64,000 nt of DNA from Lama glama (Eukaryota): contig CM052818.1 in the NCBI GenBank assembly GCA_028534125.1, positions 43,650,001-43,714,000 on the forward strand, read 5' to 3'. Numbering within the stretch: position 1 is the stretch's first letter; every line of letters starts with the position of its first letter. The notes beneath the pieces were generated by a model. The model searched no databases and was not told where the DNA came from. It saw only the letters and a list, made by a program, of their open reading frames with translations. Of this stretch, positions 53,701 to 64,000 are shown in pieces. The position numbers and the translations under genes were made by a program.

Positions 53701-55439
53701 ACTTTAGTTGAATAATGGTGGTTAATCAACGTGAAGCCGTGGTCTTTGAAATTAAAGAGAAAATAGGAAGATGAAGAGCATCCATTTCAATAAAACGTAA
53801 CTTAGAAAATGAAGATAAAATCGTGTTTTTTCAACTGCTTAAATCATCTTTGCCAGGCTCACTACAGGAGGACTTAATTTGAAAAGATAAAATGTGTTGA
53901 CTGAGTAGCGGATCTTCGGGTAGTTGACAGAGAAAGGAGGCCACTGAGGAGACGCTTACCTTCCACAGAGGTTAATTCTCAAGTGGAGAGGTCTGTAGGC
54001 TGAAGCTCAGACTTCCCGTCATTATAACTGGTTTTATTTCCCTTTGGAAAAACACTGTTCCATTTAAGTACTGTAAAAAATGTTAGTTAAGAGCATAGAA
54101 TATAGGCATACCTTTTTGACAAATTCATTGAAATTTTGATGAATGCCAGTGCAATTACAGTCTGCTGCAAGAAAGCTTTATTACCTTTAAAAATTTCCAC
54201 CCCTTTCTCCTAAACAAATTTACTGTTTAAATTAGTGGGAAAGTAAGGATACTTTTTGTTTTCCTCTTTAGAGTTTGTGACCATTTTTTAAATCGCTCAG
54301 GGACAAACACACGTTGCTTTTTTAAAAGAAAAAAGTCAGCATGGTCCTTAAGCAGTTATAATTGTGAGGCTATATGTGTGTGTGCATGTATGTATGTGTG
54401 TGTGCACGCACAAAGCAGGGAGGGTTCAATCCTATCTCCTTTCTACCAGCAGGGAGCCCTAGGAATGCAGTTTTGCAAAGCATCCTTTTCCCCTGAGAAA
54501 CAATAAGAGGACCAGTCATGGCAAACTTCACAAGTAGAAACAGTTTGACAGTTCAGATTATGTCCTTTATCTAGACCTCGTTTTGACCAGTTTAAAAAAA
54601 ATGAGATTATTGGTCTAAAGTAGACTGTGCTTTCGCTGGACGATGACTATGCTTCTGTGGGCTATGAATGGTCTGCAAGAATTTTTTTTTATGCTCTGAA
54701 ATTTTATCAGTGGTTTTTTTAATTCCTATCTGTGATACGAGGTATAAGGTGGGATGCAGGAAATGATTAGCAAGCTGGCACACAAGTACCTGTCCCAAAC
54801 TCTTTAAACCTGCAGTCTGCTATTAAATATGTGCAGTGAAAGATCACACAGCAGATAACAAATGATCATTAACAGAAGAACTATGACTATGAAGTCAGTT
54901 CTATGGTTTGATGAATTAATTAAAACTTCTGCTTGTGGCTTAAATCAAATATTTGTATGTTGTAAAAAAATATAAAATTGATGTTTAAGAAATTTAAATT
55001 TAAAGTAATATGTTATTTAATTTGGTGCTATGCCTTAGTTCTTATTATGTTTGGTATGGAACTAGTTACATTAATTGTGTATGGTGCCCAGCAGAAATTA
55101 TCAAACTGTCTGCTGCAAGTTTAAAAATCTCTGGATTAGATGATTTTAAATGCCCCCTGCAACTATTCTGTCCACACATCCCGTGGCTTTGAGCCCATGT
55201 CTCCTATTGCTCTTGCATTTCAGGGGAGGATGATACTGGCATTGCATTTAGAAAACAGGGATCCAGGAGGAGAAACAACAAGCAATGATTATTTAATATT
55301 AAAACTTGGGGAGAGAAAAGCACTCTTTGTCACATATGCTATAAACATCTAATGAGTACTTATTGGAATGAAACAATTGTGAGAAGTTACATACATAAGC
55401 ATTGGACACAGACTATGGGGAGGTGAGATTTTACTACCG

Positions 55440-55665
55440 AGAGGCTGGGAAGAGTAAATGCTGAGGGGTTCGGAGAGACCTGGGCTTGGCGTTGGCTAGC
55501 CGGGTTCTCCGGGACAAGCCACTGTGCATCTCCAAGCCTTTACATTCTCATGTCTTGTACCAGGATGACAATCCTTGGCTTGCAAAGGTACTACGAGGAT
55601 TAAATGAGGCAGCATTTGGAAGACGCCCTGCTCTAACGTAGTGCTCAGAAACATTAACTCTTTGT
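55440..55665 (+). mobile_element. MIR, decayed
   Basis: gagagacctgggctt...cgaggattaaatgaggcagcat...gtagtgctcagaaacatta. Confidence 0.6.
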
Positions 55666-56154
55666 TGTTGATGTTAGTATGTATTCCCCAGCTCTGTTTT
55701 ATACATACTTTGGAAGAGGTCTATATTTAATCCCTTCTATCATTTTTCTCACCAAATGAGCATTTCCGAATTGCAAATGCAGCCAGAATATTCACAGGTG
55801 ATTCTGGAAAGGTGGTGTCACATGAAATAATCTCACCAGAATCATCTCCTCCCATGTCCTGAGTTATTGTTCATCCTTTCTTCCTCTTACAAAGTAAACT
55901 TGGAACTTTCTACTCTGGGTTCCAGGGAATAAAAAGCCCTCTGTATAAGCATCAAAGCCAATGCAACTCTTGTTCGAATCTCGTAAGCCTCTTTGTGCAA
56001 ACAGAAGTCCTGCAGGACATCTCATTACTCACTGGGATGATTGTTTTAAATATCAAAAGTTGCGTAATAAAATAAGAAAATCCTTATTTTTAGAAAGCTC
56101 ACCCTGGCTGTCCTGCAAAGGACAGACCAGGGGTGAGGGGGCGGGATGTGTGGA

Positions 56155-56654
56155 NNNNNNNNNNNNNNNNNNNNNNNNNNNNNNNNNNNNNNNNNNNNNN
56201 NNNNNNNNNNNNNNNNNNNNNNNNNNNNNNNNNNNNNNNNNNNNNNNNNNNNNNNNNNNNNNNNNNNNNNNNNNNNNNNNNNNNNNNNNNNNNNNNNNNN
56301 NNNNNNNNNNNNNNNNNNNNNNNNNNNNNNNNNNNNNNNNNNNNNNNNNNNNNNNNNNNNNNNNNNNNNNNNNNNNNNNNNNNNNNNNNNNNNNNNNNNN
56401 NNNNNNNNNNNNNNNNNNNNNNNNNNNNNNNNNNNNNNNNNNNNNNNNNNNNNNNNNNNNNNNNNNNNNNNNNNNNNNNNNNNNNNNNNNNNNNNNNNNN
56501 NNNNNNNNNNNNNNNNNNNNNNNNNNNNNNNNNNNNNNNNNNNNNNNNNNNNNNNNNNNNNNNNNNNNNNNNNNNNNNNNNNNNNNNNNNNNNNNNNNNN
56601 NNNNNNNNNNNNNNNNNNNNNNNNNNNNNNNNNNNNNNNNNNNNNNNNNNNNNN
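56155..56654. other. Assembly gap, 500 N
   Basis: Run of exactly 500 N. Confidence 0.99.
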
Positions 56655-59349
56655 ATGTTAAGAAACAGACAAGGAAATACCTCCAAATTATACTTACCCT
56701 TTAAGGCAATGTACTGTCCTTGACATAAACTTGAGCACCTGGATGCACTCCCCCTTAGTCCCAGGAGGCTTCCGAAGCTTCCTCAAAGCACACCGTAGGC
56801 TCCCCCAGCCAGTCAGACCTGCAAACACACCCTGCCACGTCTGAATGTAACGATAAATCAGTAACCCGGTGATAATAAACTTCAGACCTCTGGTTTTTGA
56901 AAACATCTTGATTTCCTCTTTTGCATTTGCCCAGTATGTACTTGTTCCTGGAAGCCACAACCCTGGCTTTTGTCCTTTATTATTTCACATATAAACTGTA
57001 GCTCCCAGCCCCTTAGCAGCAGCACCCCAGCATGGTGGTTTCACTGCACAGAGCAGGCAACTCAAGCTGGAGCGCACGCTTACAGTGTTATTGATCCATG
57101 GTTGGTTGCATGCGTGAATAGCTGGGAACTCCATGTTTTTAAATGAAGCCTGATCTAGGCCCGGTCATTTACATTATTTACAGCAACAGAGCCTTGAGGA
57201 ACGGAACATGTAGGAATATTTTCTCAGTGGCCCCTGAAGGACAACTGGAGGCCTTCATTTTTAAGATTATAATTAACAAACAAAAAGCCTAGTCTTGGGT
57301 AGATGCCAGATGTTTTTAAACCATTGGAGGCCACAAAAGGACCGTAACTGTCTACTGTTATTTAGTATAATCGGTGTCATTTACTTGAATGTCAGCCCCA
57401 AAGAATATTATACGTTATAGTCAAAGCTCAGAATCAATCTCATGTATCTTCCATTTCAGAGAACTATTATCTTCCCTTAAAGTAGAACATCTAATCCAGA
57501 GATTTGGACCTCTGAGATTTGGTCCCACGCCTGTAATACGATGTTGACATCCTGGGCACCTTCTACTGTAAATCTGCCCTGCAGGGAGTAGAGAGGAACA
57601 AAACATTCCATAAAAAAAATCAGTAATGTTCGACTGTTCCTCTTTAAAAATGCATTCGGAATACACTCTGAGCTCCTCTCACCTGGGCAGGCAGGAGACG
57701 GGGCGCCAGGATAACTGTCTTCAATGGGACTAAGTCAGGTCCGCAACGGAAAGGGCTTGTCCAACGACAGGGCCGCAGGGACCCAGTGCTCCCCCTGATC
57801 TGAAGCACACCCCTGGTTTCCCTGAACTCCATTCCAAGTAGAGGCCAAAACAAAAATCATAAAACTCATCAGAAAATAGCTTCTCAGCTCCTCCCCCCTT
57901 TTCTCTCTCTCGCTCTTCCATTAACCATTCTACCTGCAAGGGAATTTCAATTCCAAAAGAAAGGCCGGGATAGCTTAGAAAACCAGTGCAATGTAACGAG
58001 TGAAAACGATGTATATGACAGGGAAACAGGCTCAGATACTGGACAGGAAATGAGGGTTGGTGTGCAGGTGAGAGGACCTGGTTACAAAACCACTGCCCTA
58101 TCTCATCAGGCATCCAGCATAGAAACGGTTGGGCAATGATAGAGAAAGATGAGATAAACCATTTTGTGAGAAAACAAGGAAGCTAGTCTCCCTGTAATTA
58201 TTCATAACCCTTAAAATATTTGAATATCTAAAATGCGAGAGAGTTAGCAATCACAACGAAAATAAACTTCTTACCTGCACCTCCTTGTGGCTTCTTGTAT
58301 AGAAGTATCAATACACCTTACTAAAAAGTTATGAAGGTAGGAAACTTTCTTCTCATTTGAAAATTAAACCTGATGCAGGGCAATTTTGAATAATCACCTC
58401 TGCTCATACGTTTAAATCAGCATTCCAGCTATAAAAATGCAAGTTCACTTCCAGTTTACAGAAATGGTAAAATCAACGCTCCCTCGATGATATGAGGGCA
58501 CTAATGGTACAAAACCATGTGCAGTATTTTCACGCACCAAAATGCGATTTCAGTCTGGAAAGTTGGGCGCTCGGGTCCTGTGTTTCTGAGTGGTGGGTAG
58601 GTATGTACTGGGGGAGGGGGAGGGGTTCTGTGCATAATTACAGTACGGAACGCTCCATACTACAGTGCGGAATAACACGAAGAATAATAATCACACTTTT
58701 TAGACTGTACCGCATGACAGGCACTGCGGTCATCCCTGAACGTGCTTCAGTTGACCCCAAGACCCATGAAAACAGACAGACCTCTGTGCCAGCTCTAATT
58801 TTTTAGCGTAGACATTGGCAAGCACTTACAGTGACAGAGCACTGGTTGCAGAAAATGGTTTTGTCTGTACCCAAGACATCTCCTTGCTTCTCATCCAGAA
58901 AACTAGCTTAACATCTAAGGAAGAGTAATCAGACAAAGAGACTATGCTTCTAAAATGTGATTTCAAATCTTAACTAGGTTAATTCTTACCTGCACTGTTG
59001 AGAAAGTCATCATTAACCTTCTGACCCTCAAATGTCTAATGTGGGTCATGGTACCTGCCCTGTGACTCTCCCTGGTACATTTTAAAGTAGAAATGAGATG
59101 ATGATTATGAAATTTCTTTGAAAATTGTAAAATACCAGAAAATGTAAATTTTTTCTTTTCCTGGATCTACAAAGCTCTCTGAATTGCTAATGCTAATGCT
59201 CTCTGGATGGCTCAACATCCAGAGCAAGTTTCTGGTGTTTATTAAAATCTGCATAATGGTGACGTATGGAAGCAAACATCCAGCAGCAGCTCAGCTCGTC
59301 ATCTTCTTAGTGCCTTGAAACTGCAAAGATTTTTAAAAGCATGCTCGTG

Positions 59350-59855
59350 CAGAGCAAACACATAGAATGAGCCACATCCATCATGTCTGTCTACACAACA
59401 ACCATTTATTTTCTCATGATTCTGCCATGCAGAGTGTCTTCTGGTTTCACCCGAGGTCACTCTTGCTCTGATCATCACCTGAAGTTCAGCTGGGGCAGGG
59501 GGAGGATGCTCCCAGATGGCCGTAATCCTACGTACTTAATCCTCAGTACTTCAGCTGAGATGGCTGCAGCAACTGGGGGCCTCTCTCTCCGTGTCGTCTC
59601 CCCAGTGAGACAGTGGGACTTTCTTACCTCATGGCACAAGACTTCAAAGGAGTGAAAATGGAAGCTGGAAGGCCTAGAAGTCACACAGTATCCCTTCTGC
59701 TTCACCCTGTGAGCCAGAGCCAGTCCAGGGCTAGATCAGATTCCAGGGGAGGGGAAGACTTCACCTCCTGATGGGAGGGAGGCAAGGTCACATTGCAAAG
59801 GAGAATGCAGGAAGTGAGGGATTATCGGGTCACCTTTGAAAGTGTCTTTCACGCT
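59350..59855 (-). mobile_element. MLT1 (ERVL-MaLR) LTR, antisense
   Basis: acaacaaccatttattttctcatgattctg...ggcctagaagtcacacagtatcccttctgc...gatgggagggaggcaaggtcacattgcaaagg. Confidence 0.8.
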
Positions 59856-60869
59856 AGCTTAGTTCTATGAACAAGCCATCCGTGATCTCTGCTGGAGAAC
59901 CCTCCTTTCTGTGGGCAGGGCTCTCTGTGCGCTTCCAACACACACAAGAGAAGCAGAGACATTCACACTGGTTACACTCATTCTCGCTGATGAAAATTCT
60001 ATTGCCTGCTATTTTGAGAAGGGATTCTGGCTCCTTTTGATTGTAAAAAGAAAAAAAAAAAAAAAAAGCTAGCACAGACAGAATACCGCAAGGAATACTG
60101 CCTCTTCTTGGGGTAAAAAATTAAAAATTAAAAAAAAAAGCAAACAGCCCTCAAATATTAATTCACACCTTTTCTTGTCCCTCATATACCTGTTTAGCAA
60201 ATACCTTTATACCATATGAACGGGTAATACACAGAGGAAAAAGTCTGAGGAGAGAAAATTATGGTTTATACATAACAGGTTAAAAATAACTTTGAAATAT
60301 TCAAGTAGATAACTGGATATTAAGATGATCTCTGATGTTTCATGCTTTTATTTAAAATTTGCCATCATTCTCAGCTGTGGGCATAAAACATCACTGTATG
60401 TGGAACCGGCCAGCTCAGGTTGCTCCGTTCAAGGAGAAAGGTCTGATCACATGACTAACCCTTTGTGTCATTTCTTTCTCATGTAAAGGACTCTGTATTT
60501 TGCCAACAAAGAGTGCAGCAACTATGCTAATATTAAATCCATAACTTATAAGTTGGTCTGGGGCGTGCTTCCAAGTTTATTTTGCAAAATAGATTTAACA
60601 CCTAGCTATTGTTTGTAATTATGTTTCTACATATATTTGGCCCTGTCAAGAGCAAGGACTCTGACTCCTAATGTAAATGGAAGTTACGCCCTAACATGCT
60701 TCCTTGACTGTTTTTACAACATGTGAAAACATGGTGCACGGACACATTTTGTGTTTTTATGGCAGTTTAGAAATTTCGGCAGTCATTTTTGGAGAATTGA
60801 ACATAAACTTCCCCGGATGTTAAAAGTGCAATTCTACATCAAAACATATAATTTATTGGTCTACTAGTT

Positions 60870-61066
60870 CAGAAGTCACCAAAGGAGGACCCATGGGTCA
60901 AACCTGACCTCCTGCCTATTTTCGTAAATAAAGGTTGAGTGGAACGCAGCCACACCCGTTCCCTTACGTATTATTTGTGGATGCTGCAACAGCCGAAACG
61001 TGATGGCCTGCAAAGGCTGAAACTGTATTTTCTGTCTCTTTACACAAAAAGATTACCGCCCTCTAG
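60870..61066. mobile_element. MER58A-like hAT-Charlie MITE
   Basis: cctgcctattttcgtaaataaagg...ggaacgcagccacacccgttc...atggcctgcaaaggctgaaa. Confidence 0.8.
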
Positions 61067-62351
61067 CCTGTTGGACGCTAAGCATCCTCCCATTGTGCTG
61101 AGGGCGTTTGGCCAGAGTGGAGGCATGGTGATTCGCGTGTCCTACAGATATCGACCTGAGGGCATTTTAAAGGACAAACAGAAGCGCAGAGAGGCTGGTG
61201 GCAAGGATAACAGCTTTATCACAATCTGAGTAAGAACTAATTTCTATTCAGAATCTCAAGTTAACAGTAACTGTTCTGTGAACAAACATGTGAGGCATCA
61301 GAAGTAACGTTATCTTATTTCACAAATTTTGCCTTAAATCGACACTGTTTATAAACTTAATTCGAAGAGCGTGCCTGCGGTCACTGCTGTAATTCTCTTC
61401 CCCAGCGAACTGAGTGGAGAGAGTCTGAAATAGCTGTCAAACCCCAGGGAAAATACATTAAAAGGTAAAGAAAGATAAATCCTCAAAAGATACAGCTTAC
61501 AGGAGATGCTGTTCCTATCTTGCTATTAAGACATGGCTCTTTTCCTGTTATTTGCATTTTTGCTATAATTTCAGCAATCGGTGAGGATTACTAGCAATAT
61601 CTTATCAGTTAGTGACAAAAACATCTGGGCCCCGTCTCCCCTGATGCATTTTAATCAGGTCATTGAAAGGAAACTCAGCAGCTGAAAGCTATCTATTTTC
61701 TTTGGGATGATTGCATAATATAATTAAAAGTATTTTATCAGCAGTCCATGGCAGAAGAGAGGAGCTCCATGCATGTGGCCTCCTGGATGTGAACTGCCAA
61801 CATTTTTAACACTTAAGGAACTTGTCATATAAATCATTACCTCATACTCCAAGATGCCATTAGCTTTTTGGTGCACATGCTTGCTGGCCAGTCAGTGAAA
61901 AGACTTCCAGAAAGGCTCCATCTTTCAGAATCATAAATCCCAGGCAGTGTCATGTGCACGAGGACCCTCACGCAATGCAAGTGTCTGTGGACAGAACCCA
62001 CGCCCTCTACTTACCAACTGTCAAAGTCACACTAAGATTAGGACACGTCTAGGAAGCATCACAGTGTGGGTACACTTCCCACAAGGGGCGGGGGGAGATT
62101 AGAAGTCCAAAGACGAGCATTCTTTTTCCAGCTGCACCAGTAGCTGCATAAACTGAGAAGTTATTTGCATTTCTGGACCCAGTGTCTTCGCATGGCAAAC
62201 AGGTTTATAAATTAAAATCCTAATTCACGATGTCACGTCCTATGCAGGAAGGTGCCCTTGAAGCAGCTGGATATGTGCTGCAATGAAGGATACTTGTTAG
62301 CATCTTTAAGATACTAGTTTTCTGAATGTGTAGTATGCTTGGCCTTTTGTC

Positions 62352-63060
62352 ACTGTTTTAAACTGAGGTATAATCTGTATCTACAAAACTGTACAGCTCT
62401 TAAGTGTTCAGATGAATGAGTTTTGCAATTTTCTGTGCTCATGGTAACCTCCAAAGGAAATGTGGTATAGAACTTGTCCACCACACCAGAAATTCCCTTG
62501 AGCCCCTTTCCAAACAGTTCCAGCTTCTTACTTCCCAAAAGAGGCAATCACTTCTGACTTCTGCATCTCCTGGTCTTGGTCTTCAAATGAGCTAAGTTGT
62601 ACCATGTGTATTCTTTTGACCTGTTTGTTTTTGCTCTCTGCATATTTTTTAGATTCATCCCAGTAGTTGTGTGGCTCCTTCCACTAGGATTCAGTTCCAT
62701 GAAGATACCACAATTTGTTTAACTATTATATTGGGGTTTTCTTGCTTTTATTTATTTTATTTTTTAATTTTAAAAAAATTTATTGAAGTATAGTCAGTTT
62801 ACAATGCTGTGCCAATTTCTGGTGTACAGCATAATAGCTCAGTCATACATGTACATACGTATGTTTATATTGTTGACAAACAGCTGGACTGTTTGCAGTC
62901 TGGGGACGTTAGGAACATTCTTGACAAGTCTTTGGGTACTTGTTTTATTTCTCTTGGGAAAACATCCAGGAGACAAAATGCTGGGCAGGAAGGCAGCTGC
63001 ATGTCTGACTTTACAAGAAACGGCCAAAAGTTTTTCCCTAGTGCTCAACCCGTGTCACAG
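62352..63060 (-). mobile_element. Ancient L1M 3' UTR, antisense, with a nested young L1 tail
   Basis: actgaggtataat...cttaagtgttcagatgaatgagttttg...caccacaccagaaattccctt. Confidence 0.75.
62734..62864 (-). mobile_element. Very short L1 3'-end insertion (about 130 bp)
   Basis: T-rich tail then attgaagtatagtcagtttacaatgctgtgccaatttctggtgtacagcata, the same 3' end type as the 24382 L1; candidate TSD ttatattg at 62726-62733 and 62865-62872. Confidence 0.8.
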
Positions 63061-63139
63061 TTTCCATGGGGAGGTATGAGTGTCCAGTTGCAGTATCTGC
63101 TTGGTGACGTCTGCTATTGTTTGTGTTGTAGGCAAACTG

Positions 63140-63290
63140 GAGATATGGAATGGATACCCCCCATCCAACCTTTGGCTCAGATGTCAAGACTGATGACACC
63201 ATATACACACCGAAAGGTATGAAAAGGTTTATTATTGATATAATGGTAGTGGGGAGGGCAGAGCAGGATCCAAAGTAGGTCTCTGAGTCA
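63140..63290 (-). mobile_element. Possible ERVL LTR fragment (MER74-like)
   Basis: cctttggctcagatgtcaagactgatgacacc...gtatgaaaaggtttatta resembles a recalled consensus. Confidence 0.45.
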
Positions 63291-63960
63291 GAATATTTTA
63301 GTTACGTCAGGTAAGTGGAATCATGCAGTATTTGTCCTTCTGTGACTGACTGATGTCACTTAGCATAACGTCCTCCAGGTTCATCCATATTGTCACAAAT
63401 GTCAGGATTTCCTTTTCTTTTAAGGCTGAGTAATATTCCGCTGTAGGTGTATTACATATTTCTTTATTCATTCATTCATTGGTGGTCATTTAGGTTGTAA
63501 ACATAAATTGACTATGTGCCTAATGTTGAAATGAACATGGGGGTTCAAATATCTCAAGATCCTTTTTTTTTTTTTTTGGTGATTGTCTTCAGATTTACTG
63601 GTACTTTCTCATTTTATGTTTGAAGTCTGTTCATCAACCCACCAAATGAGTTCTTCATTTCTGGCTTCTGATTGTCTTTTCCATTTCGAGTGTTTTTACT
63701 TTATTAATTGACGTGGATCTGCTGAAATCACCCATCTCTTTATTCATGTTGTCTTCCTTTCCCAAGCTGTTAATATAATTATCACCGTTGTTTTAAAGTC
63801 ATTGTCTGATAATTCTTACATTGAGGCCATCTCTGGGCCTGTTTCTATTGACTATTTTTTTGTCTTAATGGTGGGTTACATTTTTCAGCCCTTTACTGTG
63901 TCCAAATTTATAACTTTGGGCTGGAGGTTATGTATGAAAGAACAATAGAGGACAGAAGAA
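63290..63960 (-). mobile_element. L1M fragments (3' UTR, then ORF1-like)
   Basis: gtaagtggaatcatgcagtatttgtccttctgtgactg...cacttagcataacgtcctccaggttcatccat; tttaaagtcattgtctgataattc. Confidence 0.8.
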
Positions 63961-64000
63961 AATAATATTTATCCCCAAAGCAGGAAGTGTTATGCACAAG

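Noticed and set aside
3515..56723. Long ORFs of 170-250 aa in the ORF track
   Set aside because: All but one consist of X residues from the 500-N gaps; the exception (39764-40303) is treated separately
41661..59225. Short inverted repeats (aaactaca-ag-tgtagttt at 41661; ctctggatg...catccagag at about 59201) and 12-14-bp direct duplications (about 19561, 52950, 57497)
   Set aside because: Arms are too short to exceed chance or ordinary slippage; no pre-miRNA-length hairpin seen
1..64000. Prokaryotic-type systems (CRISPR arrays, operons, defence islands) or foreign/viral coding inserts
   Set aside because: No repeat-spacer array, no gene-dense segment and no abrupt compositional island; the content is typical mammalian intronic or intergenic DNA

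Overview
Non-coding mammalian genomic DNA, almost certainly camelid. Two copies of the tRNA-derived Vic-1-type SINE (12551-12702 and 21016-21165) and a Tigger2a_Art-like MITE support this. The window is five contigs joined by four gaps of exactly 500 N. Much of it is interspersed repeat: young-ish and ancient L1 fragments (three with visible target-site duplications), L2, MIR, MLT1/MLT2/LTR16-type and ERV1 solo LTRs, and MER2/MER5/MER58/Tigger2 DNA-transposon relics. I recognise no intact protein-coding gene, RNA gene or CpG-island promoter. The ORF track consists of chance ORFs, L1 ORF2 remnants and N-spanning artefacts. The most unusual structures are a perfect 158-bp tandem duplication of unique GC-rich sequence carrying an Oct-Sox-like motif (45011-45327), a chain of interlocking palindromes in an AT tract (1060-1173), two independent ERV1 solo LTRs about 250 bp apart, several nested insertions, and a few weakly supported minus-strand exon candidates. 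I found no convincing new biological system. Repeat family names come from recalled consensus sequences, and boundaries of old repeats are approximate.
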